64,000 bases of DNA from Lachnospiraceae bacterium (GTDB lineage: Bacteria; Bacillota; Clostridia; Lachnospirales; Lachnospiraceae), in the NCBI GenBank assembly GCA_030538915.1, contig JAUNTC010000001.1, forward strand, positions 9,256-73,255. Reading direction: 5' to 3'. Of the stretch, positions 41,274 to 50,101 are shown one piece after another. The stretch's first letter is position 1. Each line of letters opens with the position of its first letter. The position numbers and the translations under genes are program-made. The notes under the pieces are model-generated. The model had not been told where the DNA came from. It made no database searches and was given only the letters and a program-made list of their open reading frames with translations.

Positions 41274-42812
41274 TTATTCTGCCATCAGGGTCGCTGCAAA
41301 ATCTTTCATTGCTTTTGCGATTAAGCCTTTTACTTCTTCCTCTGATACTCCGGATGCTGCTTCTTCTTCAGCTGCTGTATTTCCGTGAATTACGAAAGAT
41401 ACTCCATCGAATAAGTTTGTCATACGTCCAAGGAACAGACTTCCTTTTCCGATGATCATGGCATTTTTGATCTTTCCTTCTAAGATATCTTCACGTGCAA
41501 ATCCTACAAATGGTACTCCTGACGGGATATGTCCCTGTGTCGGTGCCCATCCGGTCAGTCCGTGATCTTTTGTAAATGCTGCCAGCTCTTTTCTGTCAAG
41601 CTCGCCTCTCTTTACTGCCAGAGCAGCGATCATCTTATAGTTTGCAAGCGGTACATCTCCTGCTCCTGCCGGTTTTGTGATATCCGGGTTCTGCATCTCT
41701 GGTGAGAATTTATCGATATCAGTGATCTTCATTCCTACTCTGTCAAGCGGATCAGCTACCAGGCTTCCGATTACGTTCTGCGGTGCAGATCCAGTTCCTA
41801 CTGTATGGCGTCCTAACATGTTCAGGTCGATTTCCGGGTTTACTCCGTCGTTCTCTGCGATGATCACACAGAATCCACCCAGGCAGTCCTCTAAGATAGG
41901 AAGTTCTTTTTTCACGTGGTCTTTTCCGTTCATTCCTAATTTAGCTGTACATCCACCAGCTGTAACAGCTACGCATTTGTATGCTCCGGATTTAACGAGT
42001 GCTGCTGCTTCGATCAGTGCGTGTGTCGGTGCTGCACAAAATCCTCTTGCGTCAGATCCTGTAGCGTTAGACAGTCCAGCGATCTCAGCTGCTGCTTTAG
42101 CGAAGTTTCCTCCACCTCTCTGGTTCATATCTCCACATGCTTCCTCAGCACAGTCGATAACATACTCTACGTCAGATTTTTCGATTCCTGCATTTTTAAC
42201 TCCGTAAAGCAGTGCTAAAACACTGGATGCTTTACTCATTAAGTTTTCATGCATAACGTGAGAAGATAAGTTTACATCGATATCATGAGCTGGTTTTACA
42301 CATCCAACTAATTTGTCTTCGAAGTAAAGTGGCTCTGCGTGATCATCTTTGATCAGTGCTTCGATCTCATCGATCTCTACGCCTTCGTGTAACAGAGCTA
42401 CGATATCTTCAGTGATAACCGGATCAGCTGCAAATGCATCTTTGTGTGCTGCTACGAATGCTTTCTCCAGTCTTACTACTTCGAACATATCGCAAGCCTG
42501 AACTAAAAGAAGGAACTCTTCTTCTGGCATGATCTCACCATATTTTCCGTAACGCTCTGCGCCTTCCATCTTCTTGTCGAAGTATGGGAACTCAACCTCA
42601 GCTAACTGATCCGGGTGAGCATTTCCGATGTATGTCTGGTTTGGCCAGTAAGCTACAACGTCCTCATAAGAACGTAAGTGCTTCGGTACCTCTTTCAGAT
42701 ACTCTGATTCCGGATTAACGATTCTTTCTGTTGTCTGAGTTGTTCCATTATATAAAACCATATCTGGAGTGTGTGCTAATACGTAGCTTGCTCCCTTAAT
42801 TACACTGTTCAT
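41274..42812 (-). CDS. grdC: Glycine reductase protein C, large subunit (FabH-like)
   Basis: EEACGDMNQRGGGN, GFCAAP, QGHIPSGVP, LGRMTNLFDGVSF. Confidence 0.95.
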   Translation of the reverse strand: MNSVIKGASYVLAHTPDMVLYNGTTQTTERIVNPESEYLKEVPKHLRSYEDVVAYWPNQTYIGNAHPDQLAEVEFPYFDKKMEGAERYGKYGEIMPEEEFLLLVQACDMFEVVRLEKAFVAAHKDAFAADPVITEDIVALLHEGVEIDEIEALIKDDHAEPLYFEDKLVGCVKPAHDIDVNLSSHVMHENLMSKASSVLALLYGVKNAGIEKSDVEYVIDCAEEACGDMNQRGGGNFAKAAAEIAGLSNATGSDARGFCAAPTHALIEAAALVKSGAYKCVAVTAGGCTAKLGMNGKDHVKKELPILEDCLGGFCVIIAENDGVNPEIDLNMLGRHTVGTGSAPQNVIGSLVADPLDRVGMKITDIDKFSPEMQNPDITKPAGAGDVPLANYKMIAALAVKRGELDRKELAAFTKDHGLTGWAPTQGHIPSGVPFVGFAREDILEGKIKNAMIIGKGSLFLGRMTNLFDGVSFVIHGNTAAEEEAASGVSEEEVKGLIAKAMKDFAATLMAE

Positions 42813-42867
42813 TGGTTTTCCACCTTTCCTTTTACGTAAACTTTTCCTTTGTCGTATACAATCAAGA

Positions 42868-42915
42868 CAAAAAGAGGGCTCCCCTTATGCGGGGATCGCA
42901 CCGGGTTCGCCCTCT
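42868..42915 (-). terminator. Intra-operon stem-loop between grdA and grdC
   Basis: AGAGGGC...GCCCTCT outer stem followed by T-run on minus strand. Confidence 0.6.
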
Positions 42916-42945
42916 AAACATAACATGATTTTTAACAAAAAATGA

Positions 42946-43416
42946 TTAGTTTTCTGCTGCCTGCTCTCTGATAGCGTTCATCTCATCTACGATGTCATCT
43001 ACGTCAAGAACCATTTCCATCATGCCTACCTGTTCATCATAAACTGCTTCGTCAAATTCCTCTTTGATCTCTGGCTCACATACGTGATAAGTCGTAAGTC
43101 CAAGCTGGACTCCTGTCAATGGACCTGCGAAAGTAGGATCGCCTAACATTACAGTCTCAGCTGCAAGACCTGCAGCTTCGCCTTCTGCTGCACCAAGAAC
43201 TACTACTAAGTTCTCTGCACCATACTCCTCTGCGAACTCTTTTACTCTCTTCTGGTTTTCCAGATCCATTGCGCCTGCGCTTGTTCAGACGAAACATTCC
43301 GTTGATGAGAAAATTACTTCAGCACCAGCAGTCTTAACGCATTCAGCGATAGCTGGTCCCGGAATTCCATCACGGTCTCCGATAATTATTGCTTTTTTGC
43401 CTTCTAAAATAGCCAT
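42946..43416 (-). CDS. grdA: Glycine reductase selenoprotein A (Sec at codon 44, TGA 43285-43287)
   Basis: Manual read: [20 protein letters not shown]...[17 protein letters not shown]; AGAAAGGAG RBS; 157 codons in frame. Confidence 0.95.
43251..43264 (-). promoter_or_regulatory. Putative SECIS hairpin of grdA
   Basis: TCTGG-AAAA-CCAGA stem-loop about 20 nt 3' of the UGA. Confidence 0.7.
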
Positions 43417-43486
43417 AATTACACTTTCTCCTTTCTTGTATTGTATACTAACAACTTAATTAAACATCTATGATTATAGAAATATA

Positions 43487-43804
43487 TTAGATATATTTCT
43501 TAATCAACTCTTCGATAGACTCTGGTGTACAATCTTCTTTAACCAGTTCTTCTACTTTCTCTCCGTCTTTATAAATTGCCATAACCGGCAGACCTAAGAT
43601 TTTCTGAGAGATTGCAAGACGACGTGCCTTTGTTGTATTCAGGCATGTAAATTTCATCTTGTCACCGTATGTATCTGCAAACTCGTGTACTTTTGGCATA
43701 AGAGCCTGGCATGGAACACATCCATCTCCAAAGTAATCTACGAATACATAACCTTCTGCTTTTAATACTTCATCTTCAAATGTTTTTTTATCTACTTCTA
43801 ACAT
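43487..43804 (-). CDS. trxA: Thioredoxin, glycine-reductase type
   Basis: GCVPC active site instead of WCGPC, typical of grd-linked thioredoxins. Confidence 0.92.
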   Translation of the reverse strand: MLEVDKKTFEDEVLKAEGYVFVDYFGDGCVPCQALMPKVHEFADTYGDKMKFTCLNTTKARRLAISQKILGLPVMAIYKDGEKVEELVKEDCTPESIEELIKKYI

Positions 43805-43853
43805 TTTTATCTCTCCTTAATAAATACAAAATTTGACGAATTTATGAAAGTTT

Positions 43854-44798
43854 TTAGAAATAATCTGACATACTTCTTTCTACCTGAACAGCTGCGATAG
43901 CACCGTCAGATGCTGCAGTTACTACCTGGCGTAAGCTCTTGATGCGAACATCTCCTGCTGCATATACACCTGGGATATTTGTGTGCATGTCTTCATCAGT
44001 TTTGATGTATCCACGCTCATCCATGTCAATAATTCCTTCGAACGGTTTAGAGTTCGGTATAGTACCGATAAATCCGAATACACCAAACATTCCGTCTTCT
44101 TCATCTGCTTCAACAGTTGTAACTTCACCTGTTTTCACATTTTTAACCTTCATCCACTGAAGAATGTCATCTCCACCAACTTCTTCTACAACTGTATCCC
44201 ACATAAAGTTCAGTTTCGGGTTCTTGAAAGCCTTCTCCTGAATAGATTTAGCTGCACGAAGTTCATCGCGTCTGTGAATGATTGTAACTTTTCTTGCAAA
44301 TTTTGTAAGGTACATAGCTTCTTCTACTGCGGAATCTCCTCCACCTACTACGAAAACTTCAAAGTCTTCGAAGAAGTTAGCATCGCATGTTGCACAGTAA
44401 GAAACACCTTTGCCCATGAACTCAGCTTCACCTTTACATCCGATCGGTCTTGCATGAGCTCCTGTAGCTACGATGACATTTTTAGCTTTGTATTCAGCCT
44501 TAGCACTCTTTAACACTTTTACGTCACCTTCAAGAGAAACTTCTGTAATTGTGTCAGATACACGCTCTGCACCGAATTTTGCAGCCTGCTCTGTCATTCT
44601 TGCAATCAAGGATGGCCCAGACTCGCCTTCAACGATCTGTCCCGGGTAGTTTTCGATCTCATCTGTGATTGCAATCTGTCCTCCGTCCTGGCCTTTCTCA
44701 AGAATCAGTACAGAGAGACGGCTTCTTCCTGCGTACAGTCCTGCTGCTAAACCAGCAGGACCTGCACCCAGGACGATAACATCATAAATCTTGTCCAT
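43854..44798 (-). CDS. trxB: Thioredoxin reductase
   Basis: GAGPAG, CATCD, GGGDSA, HRR, AAGD. Confidence 0.97.
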   Translation of the reverse strand: MDKIYDVIVLGAGPAGLAAGLYAGRSRLSVLILEKGQDGGQIAITDEIENYPGQIVEGESGPSLIARMTEQAAKFGAERVSDTITEVSLEGDVKVLKSAKAEYKAKNVIVATGAHARPIGCKGEAEFMGKGVSYCATCDANFFEDFEVFVVGGGDSAVEEAMYLTKFARKVTIIHRRDELRAAKSIQEKAFKNPKLNFMWDTVVEEVGGDDILQWMKVKNVKTGEVTTVEADEEDGMFGVFGFIGTIPNSKPFEGIIDMDERGYIKTDEDMHTNIPGVYAAGDVRIKSLRQVVTAASDGAIAAVQVERSMSDYF

Positions 44799-44837
44799 GT
44801 CTGTTACGTCTCCTTTTAATTAAAAGTATTCTCAGCT

Positions 44838-46148
44838 CTACTCGAAAATAGTCTGTCCGTCAACTTCTGTTGTAAGAGCAGTAAGAGCTTTCTCTACGAT
44901 CTTACGACGAAGTTCTTTTTCCTCATCTTTATCCAGCGCTGGATTTCCAAGTGGATGAGGGATTGCGATAGCTGGAACGATTCTGTTAGCACCAACTGTC
45001 ATAGAGATTGGTGTTACTGTACAGATGTGTACTACAGGGATTCCTGCTCTCTCAATTTCTTTAACCATCGTTGCACCGCAACGTGTACAAGTACCTCAAG
45101 TAGAAGTGAGGATTACTGCATCTACTCCATCAGCTACCAGTTTCTTGGAGAATTCATCAGCAAATGCTTTTGCAGATGCAACAGCAGTACCATTTCCTGT
45201 TGTAGTATAGAATAAGTGATGTAACTCACCGATAATTCCTTCTTTTTCCATGTCACGAAGAACGTCAACCGGAAGTACACGGTCAGCGTCTTCATTTGCG
45301 TATACTGGATCATATCCACCATGAGCTGTCTCATATGTATCTTCTGTCAGATCCATAACACCTGTAATATCATACTCACCATAGTGAGAAGCACTTGAGC
45401 TTTCGATGTGATCCGGATTTCCCTTTGGAACGATTCCACCAGAAGTTACTAATGCGATCTTAGCGTGTGCAAGGTCTTTAACAGCCGGGTTAGGATCTAC
45501 TCTATCGAAGTCTGGCATTGGGAACTCTGTAACATACGGTTTTCCTGCCAGTTTCTTAATAAGCATCTTAACAGCTCTCTGAGATCCTCTCTCTGCTTCG
45601 AAGAAGTTAACACGAACACCGTTTGGCATATATCCTTCTTCTGCTGAAGATCCGATCTTTTCACCTCTACCAAGTTTAACAGCAAGAGGAGCCATTTTCT
45701 TAACAGCATCTCTCATACCTGCAGCACTGTTCTTTGTAGAAACCATGTATACCTGGTTTTTGAACATATCAGCACCTGGGTTCTCTACATACATACCAGT
45801 CAGGGACGGAATACCAAGTTCTTCCTGAACTGCTGCTGCGATAGTACCACAAGCTACTCCGTAACGTCCAGCGTTGAAAGCTGGTCCAGCGATGAATATA
45901 TCCGGAGCCTGTTCTTTAACCATTTCAAGAATCTGAGCTTTTGCTGTCTCAAGGTTCTCGTTGAAATAAGAGTCACCACAAATGATTGTAGCAACGATCT
46001 CTGCGTCATCTTTGAAATTCTGTGTCATAGCAAGACCTGGTCCAACAACTTCGCCAACACGCAGTTCAACCGGGTAATCTGCTTTTTCTTCTCCACCAAT
46101 CTGTGCAAAGAACTGATTGATGTAATGAACAACTTTTAATTTAGCCAT
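44838..46148 (-). CDS. grdB: Glycine reductase protein B, selenoprotein subunit (Sec at codon 351, TGA 45096-45098)
   Basis: Two ORF-track pieces join in frame: VILTST-U-GTCTRCGATMVKEIE (UxxCxxC). Confidence 0.95.
45069..45083 (-). promoter_or_regulatory. Putative SECIS hairpin of grdB
   Basis: CGTTGC-GGT-GCAACG perfect stem starting 13 nt after the UGA. Confidence 0.7.
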
Positions 46149-46168
46149 TATTCTATATCCTCCATTCC

Positions 46169-47449
46169 TTATCTTGCACTCAGTTTATTGAAACCAGTTT
46201 CGTTTGTTGCGCCTGTCAGAACCTGAAGCTCAACTTCAAGAGATCCATCCTCGCGCAGTGTCTCTTCACTTGCACCAGCAATCTTTGTTACATAGTCAAG
46301 AGTTCCAATTACTTTGTCAAGTTTCGGCAGGATAACTACCTGGTTTGCATTTCCGCCTGTTACTACTGCATCAGCAGCCTGATCAGCATCAGCAAGTGAC
46401 TGAGATTTTCCATCACGTCCGGCATACTCGTCTGTGATGATTACAGTCTTAACGCCTTCTGCTTCAATCTTCTTACAATTCATGATAAGGTCTGTATCCG
46501 GGTTACCGAATCCTTCCTGAGATACAATAACTCCATCCAAGTCTAACATCTTGCAAAGTTTTGCTGTCCAGTCAGAAGAACGCTGTTTATCAGCAAGATA
46601 TACGTTCTCGTTTGTGATAATCTGGCAAACAAAGTTTAATGTTTTTCCGTGCTGTTCAAATAAGTCATGTACAACCGGGTTGTTCAGATGAACATATGTA
46701 GGGTTCTTATCACATGCAGATACACAGTTACCGGAAACAATTGCTCCGTCCATGATCTCTGTAGGGCTTAAAATTGTAGGAACGATTTTCTTAGCATCTA
46801 CACCATATACATATGTGTCATGAAGAAGTCCCTGGCTCTGAAGCATCTGTACATATGCAACTCTCGGCAGGTCCGGATATTTTTCCATTCCTTCTTTGAT
46901 TGTGCATGTCTCGTAAACTTTTGTCTCATCCGGTGTCAGCTCACGAGCTAACTCACCAATGTAAGTTGCAACTCTGAATCCAGCGAAACGAACTGCTTTC
47001 TCATATTCATGCTGTTTGATACCGTCGATTGGCTCACATACCATAACAAGGTTTAATGTTTTAGAGAATGGTGTGTAATCAGCTCCTGGGCCTGTCATAT
47101 CGATGATACCTTCCTGGAATCCAACGATCTTACCAGCTGTAACAACTGCCATACCTTTTAATGCGTAAGTTTTTCCCTCTCCAACTGTGTCAACTTTGGA
47201 AATAACTCCTGGGAAGATTCCTCCTCTTCCTTCAACTTTAACTCTTGGTTCGATAACATCTTTAACTGGTGTAATTCTTACAGACTCACCCGGTTTTGCA
47301 ATGTCAAATGATACGCTCTTAATCTTCTCGTCCTCAAGAGCTACTGCCTTAACGGCTTCTTCGGATACATAAAGGATTCCGTCTTCAATCTTAGACTCAG
47401 CTGCGAACTGAATATCCTTAATGTAAATGTGTCCCATTTCTAATCTCAC
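46169..47449 (-). CDS. grdE: Glycine reductase protein B proprotein (alpha/beta, self-cleaving)
   Basis: GTG start after AAGGAGG; GIIDMTGPGA, SGNCVSACDKNPTY, EGFGNPDTD. Confidence 0.93.
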   Translation of the reverse strand: MRLEMGHIYIKDIQFAAESKIEDGILYVSEEAVKAVALEDEKIKSVSFDIAKPGESVRITPVKDVIEPRVKVEGRGGIFPGVISKVDTVGEGKTYALKGMAVVTAGKIVGFQEGIIDMTGPGADYTPFSKTLNLVMVCEPIDGIKQHEYEKAVRFAGFRVATYIGELARELTPDETKVYETCTIKEGMEKYPDLPRVAYVQMLQSQGLLHDTYVYGVDAKKIVPTILSPTEIMDGAIVSGNCVSACDKNPTYVHLNNPVVHDLFEQHGKTLNFVCQIITNENVYLADKQRSSDWTAKLCKMLDLDGVIVSQEGFGNPDTDLIMNCKKIEAEGVKTVIITDEYAGRDGKSQSLADADQAADAVVTGGNANQVVILPKLDKVIGTLDYVTKIAGASEETLREDGSLEVELQVLTGATNETGFNKLSAR

Positions 47450-47516
47450 TTTAAGTTCCCTCCTTAAAATATTTATATTGTTTAAGCTGCAACGCTCGAC
47501 AACCTCACTCAATGAC

Positions 47517-47903
47517 TTACCAAAAGTCCGCCGATGGCAGGCCGCTTTCCAGTAAAGTCCAATCTATCAGCTGGAAATCTTCCAGTACCTTTTCGCCATA
47601 CGTTCCTGTCTTGTCCTGGAATTTATGGCACGAATTAATCGCATTCTCGATGATTGCGATCGAACTTGCATCCACTTCTTCTTTCTCAGTCGAAATCAAA
47701 ACAGATTTGTACGGTGTCTCGTTCGGCTTTACGCTTCCAGATAGCGGATGTGTCAAAAGTAAATGTCCTTCGTGTATTCTATCTCTGACTTCTCTTAGAA
47801 GTCCTTCATAGGTAGTTTCCAGATATATTACTTCATGCGTCTTCTCTAGCTTATCGAAGACCAGTGGATTGTTGGTCAAGACTGTATATTTTCCCCTATT
47901 CAT
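47517..47903 (-). CDS. grdX: GrdX family protein
   Basis: TNNP, LLTHPLSGSVKPNETPYKS, DFQLID. Confidence 0.9.
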   Translation of the reverse strand: MNRGKYTVLTNNPLVFDKLEKTHEVIYLETTYEGLLREVRDRIHEGHLLLTHPLSGSVKPNETPYKSVLISTEKEEVDASSIAIIENAINSCHKFQDKTGTYGEKVLEDFQLIDWTLLESGLPSADFW

Positions 47904-47982
47904 CTCGAACCTCTTCCTCCTTTCCGGCCTGTCGCCTGGCAATGGATAAATGTAATAAAACCCGCCTATGTTTTTCTAATAA

Positions 47983-48031
47983 AAAAAGGACGACGAGACA
48001 TATGATTATATATATATCTACGGCGTCCTTC
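47983..48031 (-). terminator. Riboswitch expression-platform terminator upstream of grdX
   Basis: AAGGACGCCG...CGTCGTCCTTTTTTT on minus strand. Confidence 0.8.
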
Positions 48032-48216
48032 CTGTCTTTTGCCCTGATAAATAGAAATTCCTAACAAGTTTTATCACCCAGCACAAGATTCAGAATGTAG
48101 TCCGTTTCTCAGTCCTTTTGCCTGAAAGTTTCGTCTCTGCATATCCACCATGTATGTCAGACTTGCCTCTTCGGCGGCTGATGACATCAGCTCTCTCTTG
48201 GGAAACATCTTCCTAC
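48030..48216 (-). ncRNA. Glycine riboswitch (one canonical aptamer plus a degenerate second unit)
   Basis: Minus strand GAGAGAG...CGCCGAAGAGGCAA...GAAACTTTCAGGCAAAAGGAC; second unit keeps only TCAGGGCAAAAGACAG; upstream of the glycine reductase operon. Confidence 0.88.
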
Positions 48217-48289
48217 GAATATTCTTTATTTACAGAAAATTTATTAAAAATTCAATAGACATCTTTTATATTATTTATTGCCTACGTCT

Positions 48290-48318
48290 ATACTAACCGA
48301 TTGTAAGTTTTTTTTCAA
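48290..48318 (-). promoter_or_regulatory. Promoter of the grd operon
   Basis: TTGAAA-17 nt-TAGTAT. Confidence 0.5.
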
Positions 48319-48431
48319 CCTCTTATTGGAATTAATATGATTTTAGTTGTTTTGCACAATCCCACCCGTTATTTTTTGTAACATTTATTAGTTCCTCTTT
48401 ATTTTCTTATTGATTTTGTCTATAAAAGTAA

Positions 48432-48466
48432 ATAAGTCGAACGCCTTATACCGGCGTTCGACTTAT
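48432..48466 (-). terminator. Terminator after the symporter
   Basis: ATAAGTCGAACGCC...GGCGTTCGACTTAT perfect 14-bp stem. Confidence 0.85.
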
Positions 48467-48482
48467 AGATTATTTCTATATA

Positions 48483-49847
48483 TTACTTATTCTTTATAAA
48501 GTTCTGATAGTAGTCATCGTGGAGCTTCTTAATTGTTCCACTCAGGAAAATCAATCCGATAAAGTTCGGGATTACCATCATAGAGTTAAAGCAGTCTGCC
48601 ATGTTCCAAACAAGATCCACCTGAGCCAGTGATCCAAGCACTACACATACTGCAACCAATACAGAATAAATTTTTACCGCTTTTGGTCCGAACAGATATT
48701 TAATATTAGCCTGTCCGAAGAAGTACCATCCGATAATCGTTGAGAATGCAAAGAAGAACATACAGATTGCAATGAAGATATCTCCACCTTTACCATATAA
48801 TGTAGAGAATGCATACTGGCTAAGTTCTGCTCCTGTCTTACCGGACGGAATTGATTTTGTTGTGATGATTACTAATGCTGTAAGGTTCAATACGATAAAT
48901 GTATCGATAAATACACCGATCATTGCAACGAATCCCTGTTCAACCGGATGATCTACTTTTGCAACTGCATGTGCATGAGGTGTAGATCCCATACCAGCTT
49001 CATTTGAGAATAATCCTCTCGCAACTCCTTTTGTAAGGGCAAGTTTAATTGTTGCTCCTACTGCACCACCGGAAATTGCTGATGGATTGAATGCTCCAAC
49101 AACGATTGCATGGAATGCATATGGAATATTTTTGTAGTTGTAGAAAATAACGATCAATGCTCCAATAATATAGAACGCTGCCATAATCGGAACAATCGTT
49201 TCTGTAACTTTTGCGATACGCTGCATACCACCTACGAATACAAATAATGCGATCAATGCAACTACAACACCAACTGCTGCCTGTGGCACGCCAAATGCTG
49301 TATGGAAGGCAGCTGCGATAGAGTTAGACTGTACCGCATTACCCATAAATCCAAGAGCAAAAATGATCAAAATTGCAAATATCGCTGCAAGCACTTTTCC
49401 GAATGTTCCCTTGAATGCTGCACGGATGTAATAAACCGGTCCACCTGTAACTTCTCCGTCTGCTCCAACCTGTTTGTACTTCTGTGCAAGTACAGCTTCA
49501 CCAAAGATAGTTGCCATTCCCAGGAAGGCTGCGATCCACATCCAGAAAATAGCTCCTGGCCCACCGACTGCAATTGCTGTTGCAGCTCCGGCAATATTTC
49601 CCGTTCCTACCTGAGCTGCGATTGCAGTTGCAAGTGCCTGGAAAGATGACATTCCGTCTTTGTCCGCATTACCTTTTTTACTGAACAATCCACCAAATGT
49701 ACGACGCATTCCTTCGCCAAAACCACGCACCTGAATGAACCCGAGTCTTAACGTAAACCAGATTCCACCACCGAGCAGTGCGATGATCAGTACATAATCC
49801 GCCAGATAATGCTGAATCAACAGTACAATGTCGTTCAATGTTTTCAT
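48483..49847 (-). CDS. Alanine/glycine:cation symporter (AGCS family)
   Basis: QVGTGNIAG, GGPGAIFWMW, GGPVYY, RGLFSNEAGMGS. Confidence 0.93.
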   Translation of the reverse strand: MKTLNDIVLLIQHYLADYVLIIALLGGGIWFTLRLGFIQVRGFGEGMRRTFGGLFSKKGNADKDGMSSFQALATAIAAQVGTGNIAGAATAIAVGGPGAIFWMWIAAFLGMATIFGEAVLAQKYKQVGADGEVTGGPVYYIRAAFKGTFGKVLAAIFAILIIFALGFMGNAVQSNSIAAAFHTAFGVPQAAVGVVVALIALFVFVGGMQRIAKVTETIVPIMAAFYIIGALIVIFYNYKNIPYAFHAIVVGAFNPSAISGGAVGATIKLALTKGVARGLFSNEAGMGSTPHAHAVAKVDHPVEQGFVAMIGVFIDTFIVLNLTALVIITTKSIPSGKTGAELSQYAFSTLYGKGGDIFIAICMFFFAFSTIIGWYFFGQANIKYLFGPKAVKIYSVLVAVCVVLGSLAQVDLVWNMADCFNSMMVIPNFIGLIFLSGTIKKLHDDYYQNFIKNK

Positions 49848-49916
49848 ATGATAGTTCCCCCTTTTCCTTTTCGCATAGATATTTTTTATATATACACGAT
49901 CATATTTAACATGTCT

Positions 49917-49945
49917 ATCATACCATTTTTGCCAATACCGCGCAA
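49917..49945 (-). promoter_or_regulatory. Promoter of the symporter
   Basis: TTGCGC-17 nt-TATGAT with extended TG. Confidence 0.5.
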
Positions 49946-50017
49946 CATTTATAGTGTTTCATTTGTTTTATTTGTGCATTTTACATATAATCCACAAATT
50001 GCATATACAAATCAACG

Positions 50018-50053
50018 CAAAAAAACAGCGCAAACTCGTTTGTTTGCGCCGTT
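50018..50053 (-). terminator. Terminator after purB
   Basis: GCGCAAAC...GTTTGCGC with U-tract on minus strand. Confidence 0.75.
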
Positions 50054-50101
50054 CAATTGTCAAGCAATTTTTGAATTATTATTCTGTTTTCGTCACAATC
50101 A

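Noticed and set aside
44838-45068. ORF-track 76-aa ORF (and the 107-aa ORF at 42946-43269) as independent genes
   Set aside because: They are the post-UGA halves of grdB and grdA
48001-48020. (TA)n microsatellite as a phase-variation tract
   Set aside because: Short, and lies in the distal stem/loop of the riboswitch terminator rather than a promoter spacer or CDS
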